A DNA stretch of 64,000 bases from Armatimonadota bacterium (lineage in GTDB: Bacteria; Armatimonadota; SYMT01): assembly GCA_046292385.1 (NCBI GenBank), contig JBKBRF010000013.1, forward strand, positions 32,001-96,000, written 5' to 3'. Below the pieces are notes generated by a model. The model did not search any database. It saw nothing but the letters and a program-made list of their open reading frames with translations, and was not told the DNA's origin. Positions 10,302 through 19,412 of the stretch are shown one piece after another (positions within the stretch are counted from its first letter, which is position 1; each line of letters starts with the position of its first letter). Made by a program: the position numbers and the translations under genes.

Positions 10302-10787
10302 ATGGGTCAGTTTCCGAAGAATCGCCTCCAGGCTTACATGCCGATGGAAGACCTGGAGAAGCAGCGAGACTTCAGCTTTCAGGATATTCGCGGCTTCAAG
10401 ATCATGAACACTACCGGCCACCAGGTGGGCCACGTGAAGAACATCTTCGTCGACCCGAATACCCTGGAGCCGTGCTTCGCGCTGCTCGACTACGAGAAGT
10501 TCATGAACTTCAACGTCAAGAGCCTGCTGGTGCCGTGGGAGGAGCTGCGCATCGGCGACGACTTCGTGCAGACCCGCTGGACCGAGGATCAGCTGCTGCC
10601 GGAGACTCGCGCCGAACAGGAGCGCAACCTGGCCGGGCACGGCGGCCCCGCGCGCCGGATCTCGACGCCGGGCACCTCCAGCAGCTCAATCTTCGATACC
10701 GATGAGGGGAACGACACCGACGAGGTGACGAGCTACGATACCGGAGAAGGGGACGAGGAGCTGGTCACCGGCGCGGGCCGCGCGTAG
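10302..10787 (+). CDS. PRC-barrel domain protein
   Basis: DIRGFKIMNTTGHQVGHVKNIFVD...LLVPWEEL; GGGGAG RBS before ATG 10302. Confidence 0.85.
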   Translation: MGQFPKNRLQAYMPMEDLEKQRDFSFQDIRGFKIMNTTGHQVGHVKNIFVDPNTLEPCFALLDYEKFMNFNVKSLLVPWEELRIGDDFVQTRWTEDQLLPETRAEQERNLAGHGGPARRISTPGTSSSSIFDTDEGNDTDEVTSYDTGEGDEELVTGAGRA

Positions 10788-10814
10788 AGACGCGTCGCAG
10801 ACGCCTTTCCGTAC

Positions 10815-10850
10815 AAAGAAAGGACCCCGCTGGCTCGCGCCGGCGGGGTT
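10815..10850 (-). terminator. Intrinsic terminator with U-tail on the minus strand (may also serve the PRC gene)
   Basis: aaccccgccggc-gcga-gccagcggggtc followed by ctttcttt on the minus strand. Confidence 0.7.
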
Positions 10851-10930
10851 CTCCATCAGGGAGTGAAGCGATGTTGTGATACGCACTTCCTGGGACCCCC
10901 CATAGCAACTGGAGTTTCAGCTATGTTTGC
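10815..10930 (-). ncRNA. Candidate structured small RNA or attenuator
   Basis: Hairpin 10901-10925, irregular stem 10845-10899 and a terminator with no minus-strand gene upstream. Confidence 0.35.
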
Positions 10931-11235
10931 TCGGCGCGGAAATTGGTTGCTTGCTCGCGGGCCGCGCGCCGGGGCCGGAGAACCCCACCGCCGCTGAGCT
11001 CCATCCTGCGTCCAGGCCCCCTCCACGAGTCCGTCATTCTGACCGCAGGGAAGAATCTCGGCAGCCGTCCCGGTCCGGAGCACGCATGCTCCTGACGAGG
11101 ACCCAGCCGGGCGACGCGCTCCCCTGGCCCGCCGACCGATACGCGCTGCGCGGCGGATTCGGGAGTAATTCGGACGCCGGGCGTCGAACAGCGTACAACG
11201 ACTTCTGTTGTGCGAGTTCAGACCACCGGAGATCC

Positions 11236-12771
11236 ATGTCCACCGCCCCCACGATTCACGCCTCGCCGGAGACTCGCGGCCAGGCGCCTCTGCTGCAGAT
11301 GCTCGGGATCAGCAAGCGCTACCCCGGGGTCGTGGCACTCGATGACGTCAGCTTTGAAGTGCGCTCGGGCGAAGTCCACGCCCTCATGGGCGAGAACGGG
11401 GCCGGGAAGTCGACCCTGATGAAGACTCTCGCCGGCGCGGAGCGGGCCGACACGGGCGAGATCCGCCTGGACGGCAAGCCGGTCCAGATCCAGTCCCCGC
11501 ACGACGCGATGGACCTGGGCATCAACATCATCTACCAGGAGTTCAACCTGGTCCCCCACCTCAGCGTCGCGGAGAACATCTACCTGGGCCGCGAGCCCGG
11601 CGCGGCGGTGCCCGGGTTCATCAACTTCAAGAAGCTCTTCGCAGATGCCCAGGCGGTGATGGACTCGCTGGGGGTGCACGTGGACGTGCGCGCGGAAGTG
11701 AGCCGCCTCTCCGTCGCCCAGCAGCAGATGGTCGAGATCGCCAAGGCGACCTCCCGGAACAGCCGCATCATCGCGATGGACGAGCCGTCCGCCACGCTGA
11801 CCGACCACGAGCTGAAGAACCTCTTCGAGCTGATCCGCCGGCTCAGGTCACAGGGCGTAGGGATCATCTACATCAGCCACCGGATGGAAGAGATCACCGA
11901 GATCTGCGACCGGGTGACGGTGCTGCGGGACGGCCGGTTCGTCTCCACGCGCGACATCGCCGAGACCGACCGGGACGAGATCATCCGCATGATGGTGGGC
12001 CGGGAGCTGAAGGAGAGCATCCCCAAGCGGCCGGCGGAGGTGGGCGAGCCGGTGCTGGAAGTCCGGAACCTCACCCGCAAGGGCGTCTTCGAGGACATCA
12101 GCTTCACCGTGCGGCGCGGCGAGATCGTCGGCATCGGCGGGCTGGTCGGCGCCGGCCGCACGGAGGTCGCGCGCGCCATCTTCGGAGCGGATCCGGTCGA
12201 TTCCGGCGAGATCCTGGTCTTCGGCAAGCCGTACCGGCCGAAGTCGCCCCGAGACGCCATCGCCTCCGGCATCGGGCTCGTGCCGGAAGACCGCAAGAGC
12301 CTGGGGCTGGTGCTCAACATGGCGGTGCGCGAGAACACGACGCTCGCCAACCTCGACCTGCTCACCATGCTCGGCTTCGTGAACCGCAAGCGGGAGCGCG
12401 AGGTGGCGGAGGAGTACCGCAAGGACCTCCGCATCCGCACGCCGACGATCGAGCAGGAAGCGAAGAACCTCTCCGGCGGCAACCAGCAGAAGGTGGTCCT
12501 GGCGAAGTGGCTCTTCACCGAATCGCAGCTCCTGATCTTCGACGAGCCGACCCGGGGCATCGACGTCGGCTCCAAGGTCGAGATCTACGAGCTGATGAAC
12601 GAGCTGGCCGCCAAGGGCGCCGCCATGATCATGATCAGCAGCGAGCTCCCGGAGCTGCTCGGTATGAGCGACCGCGTGCTGGTGATGCACGAGGGGCGGC
12701 TGGCGGGCGAGCTCTCCCGGGAGGAGGCGACCCAGGAGAAGGTGATGCAGCTCGCCACCGGCGGTGAGTGA
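11236..12771 (+). CDS. Monosaccharide ABC transporter ATP-binding protein (RbsA/MglA type, two ABC domains)
   Basis: GENGAGKST, MDEPS, YISHR, LSGGNQQKVVLAKWL, DEPTRGIDVG; GGAG RBS before ATG 11236. Confidence 0.95.
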   Translation: MSTAPTIHASPETRGQAPLLQMLGISKRYPGVVALDDVSFEVRSGEVHALMGENGAGKSTLMKTLAGAERADTGEIRLDGKPVQIQSPHDAMDLGINIIYQEFNLVPHLSVAENIYLGREPGAAVPGFINFKKLFADAQAVMDSLGVHVDVRAEVSRLSVAQQQMVEIAKATSRNSRIIAMDEPSATLTDHELKNLFELIRRLRSQGVGIIYISHRMEEITEICDRVTVLRDGRFVSTRDIAETDRDEIIRMMVGRELKESIPKRPAEVGEPVLEVRNLTRKGVFEDISFTVRRGEIVGIGGLVGAGRTEVARAIFGADPVDSGEILVFGKPYRPKSPRDAIASGIGLVPEDRKSLGLVLNMAVRENTTLANLDLLTMLGFVNRKREREVAEEYRKDLRIRTPTIEQEAKNLSGGNQQKVVLAKWLFTESQLLIFDEPTRGIDVGSKVEIYELMNELAAKGAAMIMISSELPELLGMSDRVLVMHEGRLAGELSREEATQEKVMQLATGGE

Positions 12772-12786
12772 CGCCCAATAATCTCA

Positions 12787-12966
12787 CAACAGGACCGGCC
12801 GTCTAAAGGTGAAACTAAGGAGATCTAAAGAACGTCTAAGCAGATGACTACGACAAGCAGCCTCTCTTCGCTAGCGGCGTCATCTGCTTACAGACGTACT
12901 ACCCTCAACGGCCCTAGTTGAAGAACCCGCCACACCTTCTCGGGGTGCGGCGGGATTTCTTTTTTT
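12787..12966 (+). ncRNA. Candidate 6S-like structured RNA ending in an intrinsic terminator
   Basis: Closing stem 12787-12802/12908-12920, asymmetric central bubble, 17-bp inner stem 12832-12848/12879-12897, then terminator. Confidence 0.45.
12926..12966 (+). terminator. Rho-independent terminator
   Basis: cccgccacacc-ttctcg-gggtgcggcggg followed by atttcttttttt. Confidence 0.85.
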
Positions 12967-13011
12967 CTGACGCGGAGCCTGGACCAGCGGCGAAGAAGGC
13001 GCCGCCTCCCG

Positions 13012-13037
13012 GTTTAGCGTTTTTCTCCGCCGGGTAA
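13012..13037 (+). promoter_or_regulatory. SigB/SigF-type promoter, probable autoregulation of the sigma gene
   Basis: GTTT-N16-GGGTAA about 140 nt before the sigma start. Confidence 0.65.
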
Positions 13038-13177
13038 AGTGGAGGGTCTCCGCGCGGTCTCGGCTTGCCGCTAGCAAGCGAGGCCCCGGGGGAGCACCGG
13101 TAAAAGAACAAGAACCGTCCTGGGAACCAGCCCGCCCCGAGCGGCGGGAGGGGATCTCGGGCCTCGGAGAGCCTATA

Positions 13178-13960
13178 ATGCCCACCGTCTTGGCCGAAGA
13201 TCAGCATCGCACTGACGTCAGTACGGAAGCCCTTCTCCGGCAGTACGCCGCCCACCGTGACCCGCGGCTGCGTGACCAGATCATCGAGCGACACGAGGCG
13301 CTCGTCCGTTCCCTCGCCCACAAGTTCGCCCGGCCCGGCGTGCCGGTCGAAGACCTCGTGCAGAGCGCCTGGATCGCGCTGATCGGTGCGCTCGACCGGT
13401 TCGACCCGTCCCACGAGACGAAGTTCAGCACCTACGCCGTCCACTGCATGGTCGGCGAGATCAAGCGCTACTTCCGGGACCGCACCTGGGGAATCAAGGT
13501 GCCGCGCTACCTGCAGGAGATCGCCGCCAACCTGAACCGGATGGAGGACGAGCTCTACCGCAAGCTCCAGCGGGCGCCGACGGTAGCGGAGATGGCGGAG
13601 GCGTTCAACATCACGGAAGAGGACCTGGTCCAGGCGATGGAAATGTACCGCGCCTACCAGACCCAGGGCCTGGAAGACCGCCGCGAGATGGAAGACGGCA
13701 ACGACTCCCTGGCGCTGGGGGAGATCGTCGGCGGCGCCGACCCGGAGATGGAAGGTGTGGTAGAGTACTCGCCCCTGCACGACGCCCTGGCGACCCTGGA
13801 CGAGCGGAAGCAGACGATCCTGCGCCGGCGCTTCTTCGAAGGGTTCAGCCAGCAGGAGGTGGCGGACGAGCTGGGCCTCTCCCAGATGCACATCAGCCGC
13901 CTGGAGCGAGCCGCGCTGCAGCAGCTCCGCAACCAGATGGCGACCGCCCACGCGGCGTAG
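13178..13960 (+). CDS. SigB/SigF/SigG family RNA polymerase sigma factor
   Basis: LVRSLAHKF, EDLVQ, DRFDP, FSTYA, GEIKRYFRDRTWGIKVPR, SQQEVADELGLSQMHISRL. Confidence 0.95.
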   Translation: MPTVLAEDQHRTDVSTEALLRQYAAHRDPRLRDQIIERHEALVRSLAHKFARPGVPVEDLVQSAWIALIGALDRFDPSHETKFSTYAVHCMVGEIKRYFRDRTWGIKVPRYLQEIAANLNRMEDELYRKLQRAPTVAEMAEAFNITEEDLVQAMEMYRAYQTQGLEDRREMEDGNDSLALGEIVGGADPEMEGVVEYSPLHDALATLDERKQTILRRRFFEGFSQQEVADELGLSQMHISRLERAALQQLRNQMATAHAA

Positions 13961-13984
13961 CCCGCATCGGTTTCACACAGCCAG

Positions 13985-14025
13985 AGGGGCCGGGGAGTGG
14001 CAGACCGCCGCACCCCGGCCCCTTT
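13985..14025 (+). terminator. GC-rich hairpin after the sigma gene
   Basis: 11-bp stem aggggccgggg/ccccggcccct then tt. Confidence 0.6.
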
Positions 14026-14046
14026 GCCTACGGGACCCGTTTACCG

Positions 14047-14148
14047 GGCGGTTGAAACCGCAGCAACCACGGCGCGAAGTCCCCCTGCGGGGACTCAGAA
14101 GGCGCTGGCTTGGGCGTCCGGAGGACGCGTGGCCGCAGGCCTTCCAGC
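14047..14148 (+). repeat. REP-like multi-hairpin element, copy A
   Basis: Aligns over about 100 nt with 41401-41501, with a compensatory base-pair change in hairpin 2. Confidence 0.85.
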
Positions 14149-14613
14149 AAGCTAGGGACAGTGGGAGGTGGTCTGCAGTCATGGACGGAGCGGAAGCGGT
14201 GGGGAGGTAGTAAGTGCGTCACGCTCTCCCCGCGCCTCTTTCTCCCGTGATCGGGCGCTGGAGAAGTCGGAACTGCTTCCCGGAACCGGGTTTCACGCCG
14301 ACCTGAGTATCAAGCGCCGAAACCCGGTGCATCCGGCCCTTCCGTCGCCTGGGATCGGCTTGGTCGATCGCTGTCCATCTCTCCCCTACGGCGAGCCTTC
14401 ATCGAGAGCACCTCTAGCGCCTGAGGACGAGTTCCTTCTCCACCACACGCCCGACCATGGCGTCGGCTTCGTATGGACCGCAGGATTGACAAGCGACAAA
14501 CCAACGAGGATCTTACGATGGAGGACTTTCTTCGGGTGAAGTGTAATGATCAATCGATAGCTAGCTGTGCAGGCGGCCGCTGGCCTGGCCCAACCCGTGA
14601 GAGGACCCCAATC

Positions 14614-16506
14614 GTGACTGTCTCACCACGAAGAATCGTCTGGCTCGCATTCGTATTGCTCACCCTGGACTGGTTTACAATCCGCCCTGCAAACGCAGAA
14701 ATCAAACTCACCACGTCGCGAGAATCCTTTGAGACCAACGTACTATCGCCGGTCAAGGTGGATTTCGAACTGGTTTCCTCTACCGGCGCCTATCGCGTTC
14801 CGTCTGGAACCTACACCCATTCTAGCGGAGTTACCTTCTCTGGAGCTATTCCGGGATATGGCGACTATCTATTCATAATTGGCTCACGATTCAACAACGA
14901 GTCGACTTTCGATTGGGGCTCGGGCGCTATCCTGCAAGGCCCGTCAGACAAGTGGGGTAGTGGCGGCGGCGGCATAGTAGTGAGCTTACCCGAGAACATC
15001 ACAGCGGTTGGCTCCGACATAATGAGCCGCGCAGTAGACAACTCATCCACTGGAGCCTCGTTTCGCGTGTGGGTGGGCGTGAGAAACAGTTCGGGAGAGC
15101 AAGCAACCCACGGGCCCTTCGAGGTCAGTTCCTTTCGCCAACCCAATCGTGCATTCGTCGGGATTAGCGCATCTGACGAGATGATCGAGAGTCTCCGCTT
15201 TCAGGCGGTAACACCTGGCGCAACACAGCACGTCCCATTGCTAGACAACTTCATAGCCGGGACATTCAGTGGCGAGAAGATAGCTATTGATGCTCCAGCC
15301 GAGATTCGCCCGTCAATCCTCCGGTACAACGGTTGGGGTGTTGATCCAACGCGGGTTTATGGCAGGCGGGGCGCGGAGTTGATGCCTGTTGTCATCAGAA
15401 CCGAGCCCAACAAAGCATTGCGAATCTACATCACTCCCACGAGCAGCTCCGGCGGGCATGCACACGAGGGAACTCGACCCCACGGCTGGCTCCTGTTATC
15501 GGATCGCCGCGGATTGCCGAGACCGGGCAAGAACGCCCGACCGGGCACGAACGACTACAGTACGATCGAGAGAGCCTTTCGTGTTAACAGCGGCAAGTCG
15601 GGAGAAGTGACGATTTACTACGTGGCTCCTGAAATCAGCGGCGAAGAGGTGATTACCGCTACTGTTAGCGATGATGATGGCAATACCGACCAGGCGACGC
15701 ATCAGGTCGCCGTAAAGGTGCCAGACCTGATCTCGCTATGGAGCGATCCACAGGACGGGTTTACGCTCTACGGGGTCACCAATAGTCATCCGGAGAACTG
15801 GTACATCGCGGGCAATGCGAATGTCGCGCTCAGAGCCGCGGCCCTCAAGTATCGCCAGCTCCAGGAGAATGATTCAGGAACTGGGGCACTACCTGCTTTG
15901 CTTTCCGCGCTAGCGGACTACGGCTATGACTTTCCCTTCAACCCTCCCTTCGGAGAGAACCCGGGCGGGTTTCATCTGCCGCTGAGTCCGGAAGACATTT
16001 TCGTCAATGACGTGAGCCTTACCCATGGTGGTCTCTTCGATCTAGACGCCGGTTGGACAGCGCAGGAGGGCCACAAGGGTCATCGAACCGGGCACCATCT
16101 TGATATTCGAAGCGTGCATTTGTACATACCACCTCAACCGAAGAAAGGCGAAGGGCCCAAGGGGCCGTATCGCTTGGTTGGCCGGACCGCGCCTAACCAA
16201 AGGGTGCTTCCGCCTGCAGAAGGGTACAGCCAGGCCGTAGGCGACCCACGGCTCAGCGCCCGGAAAGGCTTGGCGCCCTTCCGAGACAGCGATACGCGGC
16301 GAGACGCATCTGGCAACCCCGTTCTGGGCGGAGACGGGCAGCCGTTGAAATACGATGCGGCGACACGACGAAAGATGAACGACCTAGTAAAAAGGGTTCA
16401 TTTCCGCCGACTGGCATTACTCATCGAATCACTGCGCGTGCCGGCTGACGGAGTCCAGGGCATCTTTGCGATGGAAGGCAACCACATTCACGTGCAGTAC
16501 GACTAG
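14614..16506 (+). CDS. Secreted multidomain protein with C-terminal LAS-type (MepA/M15-like) zinc peptidase; AT-richer islet
   Basis: Signal peptide ending ANA after GTG 14614 (GAGGA RBS); H-x6-D (HRTGHHLD) and HxH (NHIHV) motifs; atypical codon usage. Confidence 0.7.
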   Translation: MTVSPRRIVWLAFVLLTLDWFTIRPANAEIKLTTSRESFETNVLSPVKVDFELVSSTGAYRVPSGTYTHSSGVTFSGAIPGYGDYLFIIGSRFNNESTFDWGSGAILQGPSDKWGSGGGGIVVSLPENITAVGSDIMSRAVDNSSTGASFRVWVGVRNSSGEQATHGPFEVSSFRQPNRAFVGISASDEMIESLRFQAVTPGATQHVPLLDNFIAGTFSGEKIAIDAPAEIRPSILRYNGWGVDPTRVYGRRGAELMPVVIRTEPNKALRIYITPTSSSGGHAHEGTRPHGWLLLSDRRGLPRPGKNARPGTNDYSTIERAFRVNSGKSGEVTIYYVAPEISGEEVITATVSDDDGNTDQATHQVAVKVPDLISLWSDPQDGFTLYGVTNSHPENWYIAGNANVALRAAALKYRQLQENDSGTGALPALLSALADYGYDFPFNPPFGENPGGFHLPLSPEDIFVNDVSLTHGGLFDLDAGWTAQEGHKGHRTGHHLDIRSVHLYIPPQPKKGEGPKGPYRLVGRTAPNQRVLPPAEGYSQAVGDPRLSARKGLAPFRDSDTRRDASGNPVLGGDGQPLKYDAATRRKMNDLVKRVHFRRLALLIESLRVPADGVQGIFAMEGNHIHVQYD

Positions 16507-16540
16507 CGCTAAGCCACGGGTAGCACGCAGTTGGTTCGGG

Positions 16541-18787
16541 TTAGTCGCTGCGAACGCAGAAGCGACGTTCGGCGCAGTGGGAGCCGGGCGCCGCTTCGGG
16601 CGGGACGGGGGTGAGGTACTCCACGTCGAACTCCACCTCACGGCAGATCGGATAGAAGACATCCGGCCCGAAGAGCAGGTAGAGCGCGAGGGTGTAGGGC
16701 CGGTCATTGACGTAGGGGAGCGATTCCGCCCGCTGCCAGAGCCGCCGGACCCAGGCGGCGCAGAGGAGCTCCAGCCGGAGGTCCACCGCGGCGACCGCTT
16801 CCTCCAGGGCCGTGTCCTCCGGAAACGAGAGGATGCGCGGGCTCCCCGCTTCCGCCGAGAGCCGCCGCCGCTCCGGCAGCCGCCGGCGACGCCGCTCCAG
16901 CAGCTCCTCACGCTCCGCCAGCAAGCGCTCGATACATTCCACCGCCGCGGCGGGGAGCTCACGGCCCAGGCGCTCCAGCCGTTCTCGCGCCTCCGGGTCG
17001 GCGCCGAGCTGACCGCACAGCTTCTCCAGCCGCGGATCGACGCGGCGCGCGGCGGAGAGATCCCCTCCGCGCGCGTTGAGACACAACAGCCGCGCCAGGT
17101 GGACCTGCTGTCCCGGCTCGCAGCGGGCGAGCAGCTCCAGATCGGCGCGCGCCTCGGCGGCCACCTCTCGCCAGCGGAGGGCGATCTCCCGGCACAAGGC
17201 GGAGGGACCGAGGGCGGAGCGGAGGAACACCGGCAGCCGCAGCGGCAGCTCTCCCAGGGCGGAGAGGCGATCGAGCGCGTTCAGCCCGATCCGGATCAGC
17301 AGCCCGGTCGGGTGGCGGAGCACTCCCCGCGCGCGGAGGCCGCCGAGGAGGTGATCGACCATCGGCGTGTACTTGCTCCCCTGCCGCGGCAGCCCCAACC
17401 CACGCGGAGAGCGCTGCATCTCCGCGGCGAAGGTCGCCGCCTTCCCGACGATCGCCAGCTCCGCCGTGGAGGGGAGGTGGTCCAGGAGCGCCCGCGCGAA
17501 ATCGTAGGCCGAGCGGACCAGCCCGTCGGCCTGCACGGTGTGGCTGCCGGCGCTCGGGTTGGAGAGCGTGATCGTGGTCCGCTCCACGCCGGAGAGCTCG
17601 ATGCCGAAGCGATAGACCGGCGTCCCGTGTCCCCCCGGCGCGAACTCGACGAAGAACGGCGGGGCATACTCGCCCGTCTCCGGCCGGTACTTCATCCGCT
17701 GCAGGCCGTAGCCGACCCGGTTCAGCGCCTCGTTGTACGCGTCGGTGAACTCCCCCGGGTGGCGGAGCGCCAGGTCGAGGAAGAAGTGGAGGGTCTCCTC
17801 CGGCCGGCGGAGGTCGTCCAGCTCCGCGCGGCTGATGCCGTTGAAGTGGCTGGCGCGGTCCAGATCGACCCGGTCCGACGGGAAGACCTGCGCGGTGAGC
17901 CAGCGCCCGAGCGCCGCCTGGAAGTCGGCCAGGCTCGCCGCGGGGTAGTCGCGCAGGAGCTCCTCGCCCCAGGCCGCCAGCGCGCGGGCGCGAGCCTTCA
18001 CCGCGCGCCGGTGGGAGGCGCCGGCCGCCATCCGCATGGCCCCGGCCGCCGCGGCGCGGACCAGCAGCCACGCGCCGGCGGCGCGCAGCTCCGGCTCGCT
18101 CGCGGGGATGCTGGAGAGGATGACGTTTTCGTTCTCCACCGGCACGACGCCGTAGAGCCCGTCGGTCTTGGTGAGCGCGTAATAGAGCGCGGCGTCCGGA
18201 TAGCCGGAGAACGCCTCCCGCATCTCCTCCCGGTTCACGGCGGGACCCAGGCGCGTCACGGCATCCGCGGCCGTGTCCGCCGCCGGCAGCGCCACGCCCA
18301 GCGCCCGCAGGGCCTCGTCCCACCCCGCATCCGGAGTGAGACTGCTGCCGAGACGGACCCACTCCGCCGCGAGCCGGTGCAGCGGCAGACCGGCGGCGGC
18401 GTACTGCTCCGGAGAGACCGCCTCGGTGAAGAAGAGCCCGTGGGAGATGTCCTGGTGCTCCCAGACGGCGCCGGCGCGGCCGCGGTAGTAGTCTTCCGTC
18501 AGCACGTAGCGCCGCCCCTGTTTGCGGAAGTGGCGCGCCAGGCGGGCGTCGCAGGTGCCCAGGCGCTCGTCCTGGATGAAGAAGGTGATCTCGGAGGCGC
18601 TCTCCCCCACCGCCCGCGCGAGACAGTGGTTGGCGAGAACGGCATCCCACGCCTGGTTCTGGTCGCCCTTGAAGACGTGGAGCACTTCCCGCGCGGCAAG
18701 CGCCTCTCGGATCTCGGCGGGCCGGTCGGTGGTAGCGCGGAGGGTGACGAAGTTGTCTCCCTGGTTGATCACCGTCGCGGGCTTCAT
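16541..18787 (-). CDS. Hypothetical protein (748 aa), possibly a distant BshC-like / HUP-fold ligase
   Basis: Long ORF with host-like codons; FKGDQ, FFIQD, GSKYTPMVD, C-terminal coiled coil then NDRPYTLALYLLFG. The CDS is confident; the function is tentative. Confidence 0.6.
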   Translation of the reverse strand: MKPATVINQGDNFVTLRATTDRPAEIREALAAREVLHVFKGDQNQAWDAVLANHCLARAVGESASEITFFIQDERLGTCDARLARHFRKQGRRYVLTEDYYRGRAGAVWEHQDISHGLFFTEAVSPEQYAAAGLPLHRLAAEWVRLGSSLTPDAGWDEALRALGVALPAADTAADAVTRLGPAVNREEMREAFSGYPDAALYYALTKTDGLYGVVPVENENVILSSIPASEPELRAAGAWLLVRAAAAGAMRMAAGASHRRAVKARARALAAWGEELLRDYPAASLADFQAALGRWLTAQVFPSDRVDLDRASHFNGISRAELDDLRRPEETLHFFLDLALRHPGEFTDAYNEALNRVGYGLQRMKYRPETGEYAPPFFVEFAPGGHGTPVYRFGIELSGVERTTITLSNPSAGSHTVQADGLVRSAYDFARALLDHLPSTAELAIVGKAATFAAEMQRSPRGLGLPRQGSKYTPMVDHLLGGLRARGVLRHPTGLLIRIGLNALDRLSALGELPLRLPVFLRSALGPSALCREIALRWREVAAEARADLELLARCEPGQQVHLARLLCLNARGGDLSAARRVDPRLEKLCGQLGADPEARERLERLGRELPAAAVECIERLLAEREELLERRRRRLPERRRLSAEAGSPRILSFPEDTALEEAVAAVDLRLELLCAAWVRRLWQRAESLPYVNDRPYTLALYLLFGPDVFYPICREVEFDVEYLTPVPPEAAPGSHCAERRFCVRSD

Positions 18788-18944
18788 AGCGGTGAGGCTC
18801 TCCAGTGAGCGCGGGGCAGCAAATCGAACTCCAACAGAGCCGCGCGTCGCCGGAGCCGGCGGGGCGAGCCCGGACGAAGTTTACCGGCCTGTTTTTCGGG
18901 AGTAAAGGCGGGCAATCATCCGAGAGCCCTCCACCCTCCTCCGC

Positions 18945-19385
18945 CTACGGCACCTGCGCCGGGGTGCGCGCCGCCTCCACGGCGCGGTCCGCCGCGCTCT
19001 TGACCCGGCCCAGGCGCTTCGCCAGGTCCCCGATCGTCCGCGCCTTGCGCGAGAGATCGACTTTCTGCTCCCCGATCGCTTCCGCGGCCTGCGAGCCCTG
19101 CGGCTTCAGCTCCGCGGCGATGCGGCGAGTGGTCTCCACGCGCTGCTTCACCTTCTGGGTCACCCCCTTCACGCGGCCCGCCATCGCGGTGCCTTCCCGC
19201 GCGGCGGAGATCGCCATTGCCTTCCCGAGCTCGGCGAGCGCCTGGCCTTCCTTCACCGCCGGGGTGACCTGCCGCCGCGCCCGCTTGAAGGTCTGCAGCA
19301 TTAGCCAGCCCGCCACGCCCATGGCGATCAGGGACAGCACCTGCAGCCCCAGCAACACCAGGAACACGATATCGCCCGTGGTCAT
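18945..19385 (-). CDS. Membrane-anchored helical protein, DUF948/YtxG-like
   Basis: N-terminal TM helix then amphipathic helical region; AGGAGG RBS. Confidence 0.7.
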   Translation of the reverse strand: MTTGDIVFLVLLGLQVLSLIAMGVAGWLMLQTFKRARRQVTPAVKEGQALAELGKAMAISAAREGTAMAGRVKGVTQKVKQRVETTRRIAAELKPQGSQAAEAIGEQKVDLSRKARTIGDLAKRLGRVKSAADRAVEAARTPAQVP

Positions 19386-19412
19386 CGTTGCGCCTCCTGT
19401 CCGAAAGACTGT

